Source: Bacteroidales bacterium
Lineage (GTDB): Bacteria; Bacteroidota; Bacteroidia; Bacteroidales; CAIWKO01
Length of the DNA stretch: 47,807 nucleotides
Direction: 5' to 3'
Assembly (NCBI GenBank): GCA_035389045.1
Contig: DAOORA010000031.1
Location: 1 to 47,807 of the forward strand
Shown here: positions 1-8,798 of the stretch, piece by piece
Numbering within the stretch: the stretch's first letter is position 1
How the letters are laid out: each line of letters begins with the position of its first letter
The notes under the pieces: model-generated
The model's input: only the letters and a program-made list of their open reading frames with translations
What the model was told of the DNA's origin: nothing
Databases searched by the model: none
Made by a program: the position numbers and the translations under genes

Positions 1-58
1 CTAACAGCCTAACAGCCTAACAGTCTAACAGCCTAACAGCCTAACAGCCTAACAGCCT
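1..58. repeat. Tandem 8-bp repeat (CTAACAGC)x7, truncated by the window edge
   Basis: Seven consecutive units at 1-56; the third is CTAACAGT; partial CT at 57-58. Confidence 0.97.
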
Positions 59-69
59 CCCTTCAGGCT

Positions 70-375
70 TTAATCCAGATTAACAATATTGTTTTCATGC
101 TCAATGATGAGCAGTGTCATATCAATAAGCTGTCCTATGGTTTCCACCGGATGTTTTACAACATATTTGCCAATGGTTTTCAATTCAATGTTCAGGGAAT
201 ATTTTTTTTTGAAAATCTCGATCAGTTCTAAAAACATCAAAGAATCTCCGCCAATATCGCGGATAATATTTGTATTTTCATTCAGGATTGCAGGGTCCAC
301 TTCACATTCTTCTGTGAAAAAACTATAAACGGTTTCTTTTATTTCTGTACGGGTATTCTCGTTTATCTTTGCCAT
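70..375 (-). CDS. Acyl carrier protein (atypical, 101 aa)
   Basis: Small acidic protein with the phosphopantetheine attachment motif DIGGDSLMFLEL; near a fabF-like gene. Confidence 0.88.
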   Translation of the reverse strand: MAKINENTRTEIKETVYSFFTEECEVDPAILNENTNIIRDIGGDSLMFLELIEIFKKKYSLNIELKTIGKYVVKHPVETIGQLIDMTLLIIEHENNIVNLD

Positions 376-549
376 AGCATAAAATTTTACGCGAAATTAA
401 TCAAATTTTTCTGAACACGTTATAATTTTTTGTAATGGATGTTCTATATTGAAGCAACACTGAACCGACCTGAATCCGTAAATGTTTATTATGAAAAATA
501 CAATAATTATATATAAATAAAAGTAGTCGTTCGCCCTGCATTTCATGGT

Positions 550-790
550 TAAAAAGGGTGCATAATGGCGATTCCTTTTTTTTGAGGTGCCAGTGCGGAT
601 TCTTTACTTGAAATATAGTGTTTGGATTCATATAAAAATCTGATAACCCATAGCCCGCAGGGCTTAAATATCAATAGAATGATCATATCAAGAAAAAATT
701 ATTGTCCTTGGGACATAAACATAGAAAATGATATTCAATATGATGAACATTACATTAATCCTATTGAACAACCCTGCTTTTTTATTGAAT
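550..790 (-). pseudogene. Possible degraded membrane-domain fragment (CapD/PglF N-terminus-like)
   Basis: Minus strand reads ...MFIILNIIFYVYVPRTIIF, then after a 1-nt shift in a T6 run LDMIILLIFKPCGLWVIRFLYE. This resembles the PRS/T..IID...R..YE segment of CapD-type proteins. Boundaries approximate. Confidence 0.25.
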
Positions 791-950
791 TATTCTTGGG
801 TTAATTCTTATGGGAAAAAATTCAGAGCTAATTTATGTTCTATGGCTATTTATGACCAAATGGCCGATTTGATTTATTCAAATTATTATGTCATAACCTC
901 AAATGATTATCCTGAATAATACGAATTAGTTTTTCAATAAAAAAAATTTA

Positions 951-958
951 TAGATTTG
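951..958 (+). promoter_or_regulatory. Bacteroidota sigma70 -7 element (TAGATTTG)
   Basis: Matches TAnnTTTG about 37 nt upstream of the ATG at 995. Confidence 0.5.
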
Positions 959-994
959 ACAAATTATTTCTTTTTTTAACATAATCCACTTGTG

Positions 995-3037
995 ATGGCT
1001 ACCCGGCAATCTGTTCAGAAAACCATGATAAATAAAAAACCTGCCGGCAGGAACATTCAGCACGAAGGTTTCTTTAAAAAAAACATGGTGTTTCTTCTGC
1101 TCGCCATCGTTGTTATAATAACCATTATTATCTATTATCCCGCGTTGCATCATAAATTCACCAATTGGGATGATAATGATTATATTACAGATAATCCATA
1201 TATCAAATCGCTGACACCGGAAAACATCAGATTTATTTTCACGGAGCCAATGGCCCTGAATTATCACCCACTGACCATGCTTTCACTGGCGCTAAATTAC
1301 AGGCTTTCCGGCCTTGAACCATTTTCATATTTTCTTGTCAATATCTTGCTCCACCTCTTCAATACCTTGCTGATTTTTTACCTTGCCTTTCTTTTGCTTG
1401 GCCGCAAAATGGTTCCTGCTTTGTTTATAGCTGCCATTTTTGCTGTTCATCCCATGCACGTGGAGTCTGTGGCCTGGATATCTGAGCGGAAAGACGTGCT
1501 TTACTCCCTGTTTTTTCTTTCAGGTTTGATCATCTGGATGTTTTTCATCGGCAGGCGCCGATGGTATTGGTACCTGGCTGCATTACTCTTGTCTGTTTTG
1601 GCGGGTTTATCCAAACCATCTGCGGTCGTTTTTCCTTTAGTACTTTTTATTATTGATTATCTGAATAAGCGGAAATTCAATAGTAGATTGATTCTGGAAA
1701 AGTTGCCATTTCTCGTTGTTTCAATTCTTTTCGGTATTGCGACTTTACATGCCCAGGTGGGGAAATCAGTAGTTGATATCCGGCATTATAACCTTATTCA
1801 GCAGTTTCTGTTTGCGTCCTATGGCTTTTTTGCATACATATACAAACTATTTTTCCCTGTGGGACTGTCGGCTTTGCATCCCGTACCAGTATTCAATACT
1901 TCCCTGGATCTGCCCTGGCTTTATTTTGCTGCGCCTGTGATCAACATAGTCATTGTAGGGATTGTTATTTATTCGATGAGAAAGACTCGTATGCTTATAT
2001 TTGGATTGATGTTTTATTTCCTGAATATCATGCTCACTCTTCAGTTTGTGCAGGTGGGGAGCGCTGTGATCGCCGAACGTTACACCTATATTTCATACTT
2101 TGGTCTGTTGATGGGCCTGGCATTTCTGTTAAACCTGGCAGCGGAAAAATATAAAAAATGGAGAAAAGGTGTTTATGCCCTGATGATCTTGTTTTTTGCT
2201 GTTATGGCCATAGGCGCCATGCAGCGGGTTTCCGTTTGGAAAAACAGCGGCACATTGTGGTCTGATGTCATTTCCGAATACCCGGAAAGTTATACCGCAT
2301 ACAACAACAGGGGATATTTTTATGTGCAGGAGAAATCATACGATAAAGCGTTGCTTGATTTTAACAAAGCTATCGATCTTCTGCCGGGTTTTGTTTCAGC
2401 GCTGAACAACCGTGGCGGGCTGTTTCGCCTGCTCGATGAACCCCGACTGGCCATCGCAGATTATACCAAAGCGCTGGCCATTGATTCGGCTTATGTTCAG
2501 TCCCTTTCGGGCCGGGGTAATGCATATGCAACCCTCGGTATCCTCGATTCGGCTTTGGTGGATCTCAACAAAGCATTTGCTATCAACCCGCTTCTAGCTA
2601 CTACATTGGGCGACAGGGGAGAAGTGCTTTTTAAGATGGGTAAATTTGAAGAAGCTATTGAAGATTGCAATTATAAAATTTCCGTTTTCCCTGATAATAC
2701 CGATGCGTATTTGAACCGGGGGGTAGCCTATTGTTCTTTACAAAAATGGGAGAAGGCAATACCTGATTTTTCGCTGGTATTGAACAAGGTTAAAAACAAT
2801 GCTACTATTTACGAATGGCGGGGGGTAGCCTTCAGAAGTGTAGGCTCGTACCAGGAGGCTGTCAGCGACTTTTCTCTGGCCATACAGCTGGCTGGTACAC
2901 AGTCATCTTTATATGTTGAAAGAGCAAAAGCTTATAAACAGGCAGGAATGGATAAACAGGCGGCGGAAGATATCGTAAAAGCCCGGCAGTTGGGCGCAGA
3001 TGTCAGCATGGAGTCAGTGTTTTTCGACCTGAAATAA
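995..3037 (+). CDS. TMTC-like GT-C glycosyltransferase with C-terminal TPR repeats
   Basis: Multi-TM N-terminal half with WDDNDYITDNP, YHPLT, HPMHVESVAWISERKD and AERYTY motifs; TPR repeats follow (AYNNRG, ALNNRG, AYLNRG). ATG 995 preferred to GTG 992. Confidence 0.85.
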   Translation: MATRQSVQKTMINKKPAGRNIQHEGFFKKNMVFLLLAIVVIITIIIYYPALHHKFTNWDDNDYITDNPYIKSLTPENIRFIFTEPMALNYHPLTMLSLALNYRLSGLEPFSYFLVNILLHLFNTLLIFYLAFLLLGRKMVPALFIAAIFAVHPMHVESVAWISERKDVLYSLFFLSGLIIWMFFIGRRRWYWYLAALLLSVLAGLSKPSAVVFPLVLFIIDYLNKRKFNSRLILEKLPFLVVSILFGIATLHAQVGKSVVDIRHYNLIQQFLFASYGFFAYIYKLFFPVGLSALHPVPVFNTSLDLPWLYFAAPVINIVIVGIVIYSMRKTRMLIFGLMFYFLNIMLTLQFVQVGSAVIAERYTYISYFGLLMGLAFLLNLAAEKYKKWRKGVYALMILFFAVMAIGAMQRVSVWKNSGTLWSDVISEYPESYTAYNNRGYFYVQEKSYDKALLDFNKAIDLLPGFVSALNNRGGLFRLLDEPRLAIADYTKALAIDSAYVQSLSGRGNAYATLGILDSALVDLNKAFAINPLLATTLGDRGEVLFKMGKFEEAIEDCNYKISVFPDNTDAYLNRGVAYCSLQKWEKAIPDFSLVLNKVKNNATIYEWRGVAFRSVGSYQEAVSDFSLAIQLAGTQSSLYVERAKAYKQAGMDKQAAEDIVKARQLGADVSMESVFFDLK

Positions 3038-3371
3038 TGTTTTCATTTTTTTTGAAACAGTTTTGATTTATTTGTAAAAGTGTTGATAATATGTATTGTA
3101 CACAGCGTGAAGAGCGTACTGAAAACCAATTTGACCTTTGGGGATTAAATGTACAAAGTTGTTTTTCTTTTTCAATGAATACAAAAAATGCGTATCTGTT
3201 CCAGCGGGGTTTTACGTATTAATTTTACATATACTTTAGTTCAGGTATTGATTCTTTGCCTAATAATTAACCTTACAGTCAGATAATTAATTACTGTTTT
3301 TTCTCTATTGAAAACATAACAGATCTCCTGTGAAACGGGCTGGAGTATTCGATTCGGTTGGCATTATCGAA

Positions 3372-4595
3372 TTACAAGTTCGGCTTATATTTTCTGACCA
3401 CTAAAACTGCGTTATGGCCGCCAAAGGCGAATGAATTGGACAAAGCACAGTTCACATCCTGGTTTCTTGATTGATTCGGAACATAATCCAGGTCGAGTTC
3501 GGGGTCCGGAAGGTTCAGGTTGATCGTAGGAGTGATCATACCGTTCAGTATAGTCTGTATGGTAATGATAAGTTCAATGGCTCCGGCGGCGCCAATGGTA
3601 TGTCCGGTCATTGATTTGGAAGACGATACCGGAATTTTATAGGCCTGTTCTCCGAAGACCTTTTTTATCGCAAGGGTTTCATACTTGTCATTCAACGTGG
3701 TGGATGTCCCGTGGGCATTGATATAATCTATCTCTGAGGCATGAACATTGGCGTTTTTCAGGGCGAGTTCCATGGCGTGTGCAATACCTTCGCCGTCTTT
3801 CATTGGAGCCATGATATTGTATGCTTCACTTGAAATGGCATAACCGGCGATCTCGGCATAAATTCCGGCATTTCGGGCTGTTGCTGAACGTTCTGATTCC
3901 AGTATCAGCGCTCCTGCACCCTCGCCAATAACAAAACCGTCGCGGTCTTTTGAAAAAGGTTTGCTTGCTTTTTCCGGGAATTCATTTTCTGTGGATAGCG
4001 CATAAAGGCTGTTAAACCCGTCGATCTCTTCTTTATTTACAATAGAGTCGGCGCCGCCCACAATGACAATATCCGCAGTTCCGTTCCTTATCATATCATA
4101 GCCAAGTCCAATGGCATAAGCCGAGGATGCGCAGGCCGACGATACCGTGAAATTGGGACCCTGAAGTTTATATTCCAGCGATATCCATGCAGACATCGCA
4201 TTATTCATGCTTTTCAGGATGAGGTTCTGGTCGGTGGTTCCTTTTTCCGAAGACGTGTTTGCAGTGGTTACTACTCCTAATACTACACCGCAACGATCCT
4301 TATCCATCTCGGTAAAATTGATCCCGCTATGATTCACCGCTTCTTTAGCACAAACAAAACATGCTTTCGTGATGCGGGTCATCTGATCGGCGGTCCTCTT
4401 TTTTATGTAGTTGGGCCAGAGCGATTCAAATTCGGTTGGAAGCTCTGCCGCAATCTGTGTCTGACATGTTGAAGCATCAAACAAGGTGATTTTTTTTACA
4501 CCACTTCTCCCTGCTTTGAGGTTTTCCCAGTTGGTCTGGAGATCCAGCCCCAGAGAGGTGATCATACTCATTCCCGTAACAACAACTCGTTCCAT
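3372..4595 (-). CDS. fabF: Beta-ketoacyl-ACP synthase II family (FabF-like, divergent paralogue)
   Basis: RVVVTG start, catalytic SACASS, NAHGTST, TGHTIGAAG and SNSFAFGGHN motifs. Confidence 0.9.
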   Translation of the reverse strand: MERVVVTGMSMITSLGLDLQTNWENLKAGRSGVKKITLFDASTCQTQIAAELPTEFESLWPNYIKKRTADQMTRITKACFVCAKEAVNHSGINFTEMDKDRCGVVLGVVTTANTSSEKGTTDQNLILKSMNNAMSAWISLEYKLQGPNFTVSSACASSAYAIGLGYDMIRNGTADIVIVGGADSIVNKEEIDGFNSLYALSTENEFPEKASKPFSKDRDGFVIGEGAGALILESERSATARNAGIYAEIAGYAISSEAYNIMAPMKDGEGIAHAMELALKNANVHASEIDYINAHGTSTTLNDKYETLAIKKVFGEQAYKIPVSSSKSMTGHTIGAAGAIELIITIQTILNGMITPTINLNLPDPELDLDYVPNQSRNQDVNCALSNSFAFGGHNAVLVVRKYKPNL

Positions 4596-4598
4596 GTT

Positions 4599-5669
4599 TT
4601 ATGTGTTTAGTAAGGCGCGGGCAATAGCAAAAGGCCCTTTATCCGTATTCATATATTCTTTGGCAGCGTACTCAAGTGTTTCACGGTCGCAGGCACCATC
4701 GTTTATTAATTGCTGTGCTTTTCCGATGTAAGCTCTTTTTAACCTTTCCAAAACCATGAAATAATATTCATCTTTTACGTGAACACTTTTCGTTGCATTG
4801 ACGGCACTTTCATCATGGTAACTATAAAATCCTGCTTTGGTTTTAAGACCCAGCATATTTTTTGAGCAAAGTTCTTCAAGTTTATCAAGCATTACTTGAT
4901 AAGTTTTCCTGTTTCCGGATGTGTAATTTTTAATGGATTGCAGCATAACATCATTACCCACCTGATCGAAAAATTTAAAAATTCCTTCCGGAAAAAGATA
5001 TTCAGCAACTATGGTATCGATTTGCTCATAAGACATGACCCCTTCGTCAAAGATCTGAAATGCCTCATTCTGTACTTCAAGAAAAAGCCTGTTCAGCCAA
5101 AATGCATGTTTCTCATCCTGAAGTAACTGTTTTTTATTTGTCGTTTTACAAAATCCGTTTATTTTTTCGATAGTTTCGGCTGAAGTCTGTCCGGTTTTAA
5201 TTAATTCAACAATGTTTTTCAGTTTTACCGGATAGAAAAAATGTAAACCGATAAATCTTGCATTGAACGCGGGAGCAGGGATCAGTTGAGAAGGCAGGAA
5301 TGAGGAAGAATTACTTGCCAGGATACAATCATTCGTTAAAACCGGAATTATGCCACGGTACATTTGTTGTTTTTTTGCTATATCTTCCCAAATACATTCG
5401 ATGACCAGCTCGCAGCTGTCCAGACTTTTAACCTGATGGTTTATGACAACCGAATTTAGTTTTGTTATCAGCTGCTGATCATCGATCAACCCGCATTTAT
5501 GCAGCCTTTTGATTTTTTTCTCAAAAGATTGCTGAAGTGCCACGGTTTCGGTCTCGTCAAGACATATCCAGGCAATCTCATAATCGAAGCCTATAAGAAA
5601 ATTAAAAATATCAGTGCCCATTCTGCCCGCACCGATTATTCCGATCTTGTTTATTCCGGACGAAGCCAT
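4599..5669 (-). CDS. 3-hydroxyacyl-CoA dehydrogenase family protein
   Basis: Rossmann GAGRMG, VIECIWED, ASNSSS and catalytic GLHFFYPV...VE motifs; C-terminal LGLKTKAGFY. Confidence 0.88.
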   Translation of the reverse strand: MASSGINKIGIIGAGRMGTDIFNFLIGFDYEIAWICLDETETVALQQSFEKKIKRLHKCGLIDDQQLITKLNSVVINHQVKSLDSCELVIECIWEDIAKKQQMYRGIIPVLTNDCILASNSSSFLPSQLIPAPAFNARFIGLHFFYPVKLKNIVELIKTGQTSAETIEKINGFCKTTNKKQLLQDEKHAFWLNRLFLEVQNEAFQIFDEGVMSYEQIDTIVAEYLFPEGIFKFFDQVGNDVMLQSIKNYTSGNRKTYQVMLDKLEELCSKNMLGLKTKAGFYSYHDESAVNATKSVHVKDEYYFMVLERLKRAYIGKAQQLINDGACDRETLEYAAKEYMNTDKGPFAIARALLNT

Positions 5670-5753
5670 TTATTAGAACTATTTAGAACTAACAGGTTTT
5701 AATTAATAGGTTTACAAATTATTTTAATTTGTAAACCTATTAGTTCTAATAAA
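5669..5753. repeat. Inverted repeat with partially duplicated left arm
   Basis: 18-bp perfect arms at 5704-5721 and 5725-5742; outer arms TTTATTAGAACTA (5669-5681) and TAGTTCTAATAAA (5741-5753). Confidence 0.85.
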
Positions 5754-6002
5754 CTAAAGATTGACGGCTTCTACCGATTTTATTTCAGGAATGGCTTTTA
5801 TGACAGCGGCTTCCACACCGTTTTTCAGTGTCATCATGCTCATAGGGCAGCTCCGGCATGCGCCATGAAGTTCAACGTTCACAACGTTGTCATCGGTGAG
5901 TTCAACAAAACTGATGCTTCCTCCGTCTGCTTCAAGATAAGGTCTTATCTGGGCAATAACATTCTCTACTTTTTGAATTAATTCTTCTTTAGTTGATGTC
6001 AT
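5754..6002 (-). CDS. NifU/NfuA-like Fe-S carrier (NifU C-terminal domain)
   Basis: IRPYLEADGG...GACRSCPMSMMTLKNGVE with CxxC. Confidence 0.93.
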   Translation of the reverse strand: MTSTKEELIQKVENVIAQIRPYLEADGGSISFVELTDDNVVNVELHGACRSCPMSMMTLKNGVEAAVIKAIPEIKSVEAVNL

Positions 6003-6036
6003 AAAATTTGATTTTAATGCGTTGTGATAATTATAA

Positions 6037-7161
6037 TTACTTATGGTTACAATTACAACCGTTTTCCGGTCGTGCGGTTTCCATTATTTCTTTAAATTCT
6101 GACCATATGGATATTTGTCTGCTGAGTTCTTCCGCCAGATGCATGAACGCATCGGATTCAGATGTCCCGTGGTTTAACGAAACAGGCACACCCCGGTCAC
6201 CCGAATCACAAATACCCTGAACTATGGGTATCTGAGCGAGCAGGGCGGTTTTCATCTCTTTGGCTAAATTACTCCCGCCGTCCTTGCCGAAAAGGTAATA
6301 TTTGTTTTCAGGCAACTCAGCAGGGGTGAAATACGACATGTTTTCAACCAATCCCAATACCGGCACCCGGATCTGTTCCTGGCGAAACATATTGATAGCT
6401 TTTCGCGCATCAGCCAATGCTACTTCCTGAGGGGTGGTCACGATAGTAACGCCTGCTATCGGCAAGGTCTGTACCAGGGTCAGATGAATATCCCCCGTGC
6501 CGGGAGGAGTGTCCACAATCAGATAATCCAGAGCACCCCATTCCACATCGGTAAATAATTGTTTCAGGGCATTGGATGCCATAGGGCCGCGCCAGATGAG
6601 AGCTTTGTCGGGGTCAACAAAAAAACCAATGGAAATGAGTTTGATTCCATATTTTTCGACAGGTACTATCCGGGTTGCGCCATCTTTTTCATATACTTCG
6701 GGCATATATCCGTTCAGGTCGAACATCAACGGAACTGAAGGCCCGTAGATATCTGCATCAAGCAGGCCGGTCGAAGCGCCTGCCTTAGCAAGTGAGATCG
6801 CTAAATTGGCCGCTACCGTCGATTTGCCAACCCCACCCTTGCCTGAGGCCACAAGCACAATATTTTTTACTGCAGGAAGAATGTTTTCTTTTTGGGGTTG
6901 AGCACTTGAACGTACTCTGGAACCAAGTTCTATAATGACATCCTTTTCCGGACCAACATATGTTTTAATGGCCTGAATGCAGTCATTCTTTAATTTTTCC
7001 TTTAAGGGACATGCCGGTGTGGTGAGTACTAATTTGAATTTTACGGTATTTCCGTCCAGTACCAGGTCTTCAATCATACCCAAAGATACCAGGTCTTTTT
7101 GCAAATCGGGGTCGATAACTTTGCTTAACGCATTGATAATTAGTTCTTTACTTGAAGTCAT
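6037..7161 (-). CDS. mrp: Mrp/NBP35 (ApbC) Fe-S carrier ATPase
   Basis: N-terminal DUF59-like domain (VIDPDL...LTTPACP), Walker A SGKGGVGKST, DADIYGPS, WRGPM, DTPPGTGD and VENMS motifs. Confidence 0.95.
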   Translation of the reverse strand: MTSSKELIINALSKVIDPDLQKDLVSLGMIEDLVLDGNTVKFKLVLTTPACPLKEKLKNDCIQAIKTYVGPEKDVIIELGSRVRSSAQPQKENILPAVKNIVLVASGKGGVGKSTVAANLAISLAKAGASTGLLDADIYGPSVPLMFDLNGYMPEVYEKDGATRIVPVEKYGIKLISIGFFVDPDKALIWRGPMASNALKQLFTDVEWGALDYLIVDTPPGTGDIHLTLVQTLPIAGVTIVTTPQEVALADARKAINMFRQEQIRVPVLGLVENMSYFTPAELPENKYYLFGKDGGSNLAKEMKTALLAQIPIVQGICDSGDRGVPVSLNHGTSESDAFMHLAEELSRQISIWSEFKEIMETARPENGCNCNHK

Positions 7162-7242
7162 TAATTCTTATTTAGATTTTGTAAAGATAGTATTTTTTCA
7201 GATAACAGAAACCTGACGCTTAAGTTTTTTATTATTAGCCCG

Positions 7243-7250
7243 CAAACTTA
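7243..7250 (-). promoter_or_regulatory. -7 promoter element (TAAGTTTG) for mrp-nifU
   Basis: TAnnTTTG on the minus strand about 80 nt upstream of mrp. Confidence 0.5.
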
Positions 7251-7450
7251 TTAAATTTTACCTGTTTCTGCTCATTTAGTACCTATACCTTTTTGAAGCA
7301 ATCATACGGATCATCTGAAAAGTAATTTTATCAAAAAATAATGATGAGCAGCCTAAAATACATATTGAAAATTCTGAAAACAGATATATTCAAAATGAGG
7401 CACTTGAAAAAATATTGTGAAAAATTTAATTATGGATTTAAAAAAAAGAA

Positions 7451-7458
7451 TATCTTTG
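7451..7458 (+). promoter_or_regulatory. -7 promoter element (TATCTTTG) for tRNA-Ser
   Basis: Canonical TATCTTTGCA just before the tRNA. Confidence 0.75.
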
Positions 7459-7466
7459 CAAACGAT

Positions 7467-7557
7467 GGAGAGATGGCCGAGTGGTCGAAGGCGCACGCCT
7501 GGAAAGTGTGTAATCGTCAAAAGCGGTTCATGGGTTCGAATCCCATTCTCTCCGCCA
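7467..7557 (+). tRNA. tRNA-Ser (anticodon GGA), encoded CCA
   Basis: Acceptor GGAGAGA/TCTCTCC, D arm GGCCGAGTGGTCGAAGGC, anticodon loop CT-GGA-AA, long variable arm, GGTTCGAATCC T loop, G discriminator plus CCA. Confidence 0.97.
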
Positions 7558-7610
7558 CTTTTTTTACCTGTTTTATTGCACAACCATTGTTTATTAATAC
7601 AGGAGAGACT

Positions 7611-7850
7611 TTGAGTACTAAATATCATTTTGGAATCTGGACTATCTTTGGGCTGTTCATGGTATTGTTTTACATAGGTCTGGGTTTGTTTGTAATGTTT
7701 TTCCCTGATTTTAATGAAAAGTTTAATATTCCGCCCTCATACAGCGGTATAAAATATTTTTTTGGGATTTTTCTTATTATGTATGGGATTATACGATTCT
7801 TTCGGATTTTGCCTAAACTTAAAAAAAATCAAGACTATGAAGAAGAATAA
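7611..7850 (+). CDS. Small two-TM membrane protein
   Basis: TTG start after the tRNA; two hydrophobic helices (FGLFMVLFYIGLGLFVMFF; FFGIFLIMYGIIRFFR); overlaps the start of the next gene. Start position inferred. Confidence 0.65.
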   Translation: MSTKYHFGIWTIFGLFMVLFYIGLGLFVMFFPDFNEKFNIPPSYSGIKYFFGIFLIMYGIIRFFRILPKLKKNQDYEEE

Positions 7851-8778
7851 TTTGGTCGGCCTCGCAGTATGGATCATTATTGCTGCCGTTATTGCCGGAT
7901 GCGGTTCTTCCGTAAAAATCAAAGAAACCCCTACAAGCGGGAATATTAAAGTCAGCATCGACGAATCTTACTCCCTTATTATGGATTCACAAATATCCAC
8001 TTTCGAAGCCATTTATACTTACGCCATCATAAATGGCACCTATAAAAATGAGGTGGATTGTTTTACCGACCTGCTGAACGATTCTGCAAGGCTGATCGTT
8101 GTGAACCGAAAGCTTACAGGAGCTGAAGAAGCAAAACTGAACAGCATTCAGATCATTCCTAAAACCACTAAAGTGGCCTATGATGCTTTGGCTGTCATTA
8201 TCAATAACGATAATCAGGATACGATTTTTACCTATGAGCAGATCGAAGATATTTTCAAAGGAAAACTGACCAAATGGAAAGACATCAATCCTGCATCTTC
8301 CAATGGCGATATCACTGTCGTTTTCGACAATAATAAATCCGGAAATCCAAGATATTTCAAGGAAAAATTTAAAATGAACGGCAAATTCCCTGACTATTGT
8401 TATGCTGTAAATTCCAATGAAGAAGTGATTAATTATGTTCAGAAAAATAAAGGTGCTATGGGCATTATCAGCGTGAACTGGATCAGCGATACCCAGGATT
8501 CGCTCTCACAGAGGTTTCTGGATAAGGTCATAATTGCCGGGATTTCTGAAGAAGGAAATACCGACGGACCTTTCCTTAAACCTTACCAGGCTTACCTGGC
8601 TGACGGCTCTTATCCCTTTGTACGCGAAGTGTATATGATCAGCAGGGAGTATTTTAACGGACTTGGCACAGGGTTTGTTTCTTTTGTAGCTGGTGAAAAG
8701 GGACAACGAATAATATTAAAATCAGGACTTGTTCCGGCAACCATGCCCGTAAGATTGGTACAAATAAAGAAAGACTAA
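7837..8778 (+). CDS. PstS-family substrate-binding lipoprotein
   Basis: Lipobox VIAGC; TPTSGNIKVSIDES, AYDALAVI, VVFDNNKSG, YPFVREVY and GFVSFVAGEKGQRIILKSGL motifs typical of the Bacteroidota PBP_like_2 lipoprotein. ATG 7837 preferred. Confidence 0.85.
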   Translation: MKKNNLVGLAVWIIIAAVIAGCGSSVKIKETPTSGNIKVSIDESYSLIMDSQISTFEAIYTYAIINGTYKNEVDCFTDLLNDSARLIVVNRKLTGAEEAKLNSIQIIPKTTKVAYDALAVIINNDNQDTIFTYEQIEDIFKGKLTKWKDINPASSNGDITVVFDNNKSGNPRYFKEKFKMNGKFPDYCYAVNSNEEVINYVQKNKGAMGIISVNWISDTQDSLSQRFLDKVIIAGISEEGNTDGPFLKPYQAYLADGSYPFVREVYMISREYFNGLGTGFVSFVAGEKGQRIILKSGLVPATMPVRLVQIKKD

Positions 8779-8798
8779 AGAAAATGGAGGTAAAACAA

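Noticed and set aside
1..58. Edge repeat as a CRISPR array or telomere
   Set aside because: Units are 8 bp with no spacers, there are no cas genes, and the context is ordinary bacterial chromosome.
3038..3371. 334-bp spacer between the convergent TMTC and fabF genes
   Set aside because: No ORF, strong hairpin or repeat that I can support.
7341..7610. N-terminal part of the 169-aa ORF 7341..7850 and the other ORFs crossing 7467-7557
   Set aside because: They overlap a clear tRNA-Ser; only the part from TTG 7611 looks like protein.
7467..7620. tRNA-Ser as an integration site for a genomic island
   Set aside because: No integrase, and I saw no duplicated tRNA 3' end; the downstream genes are typical Bacteroidota envelope genes.
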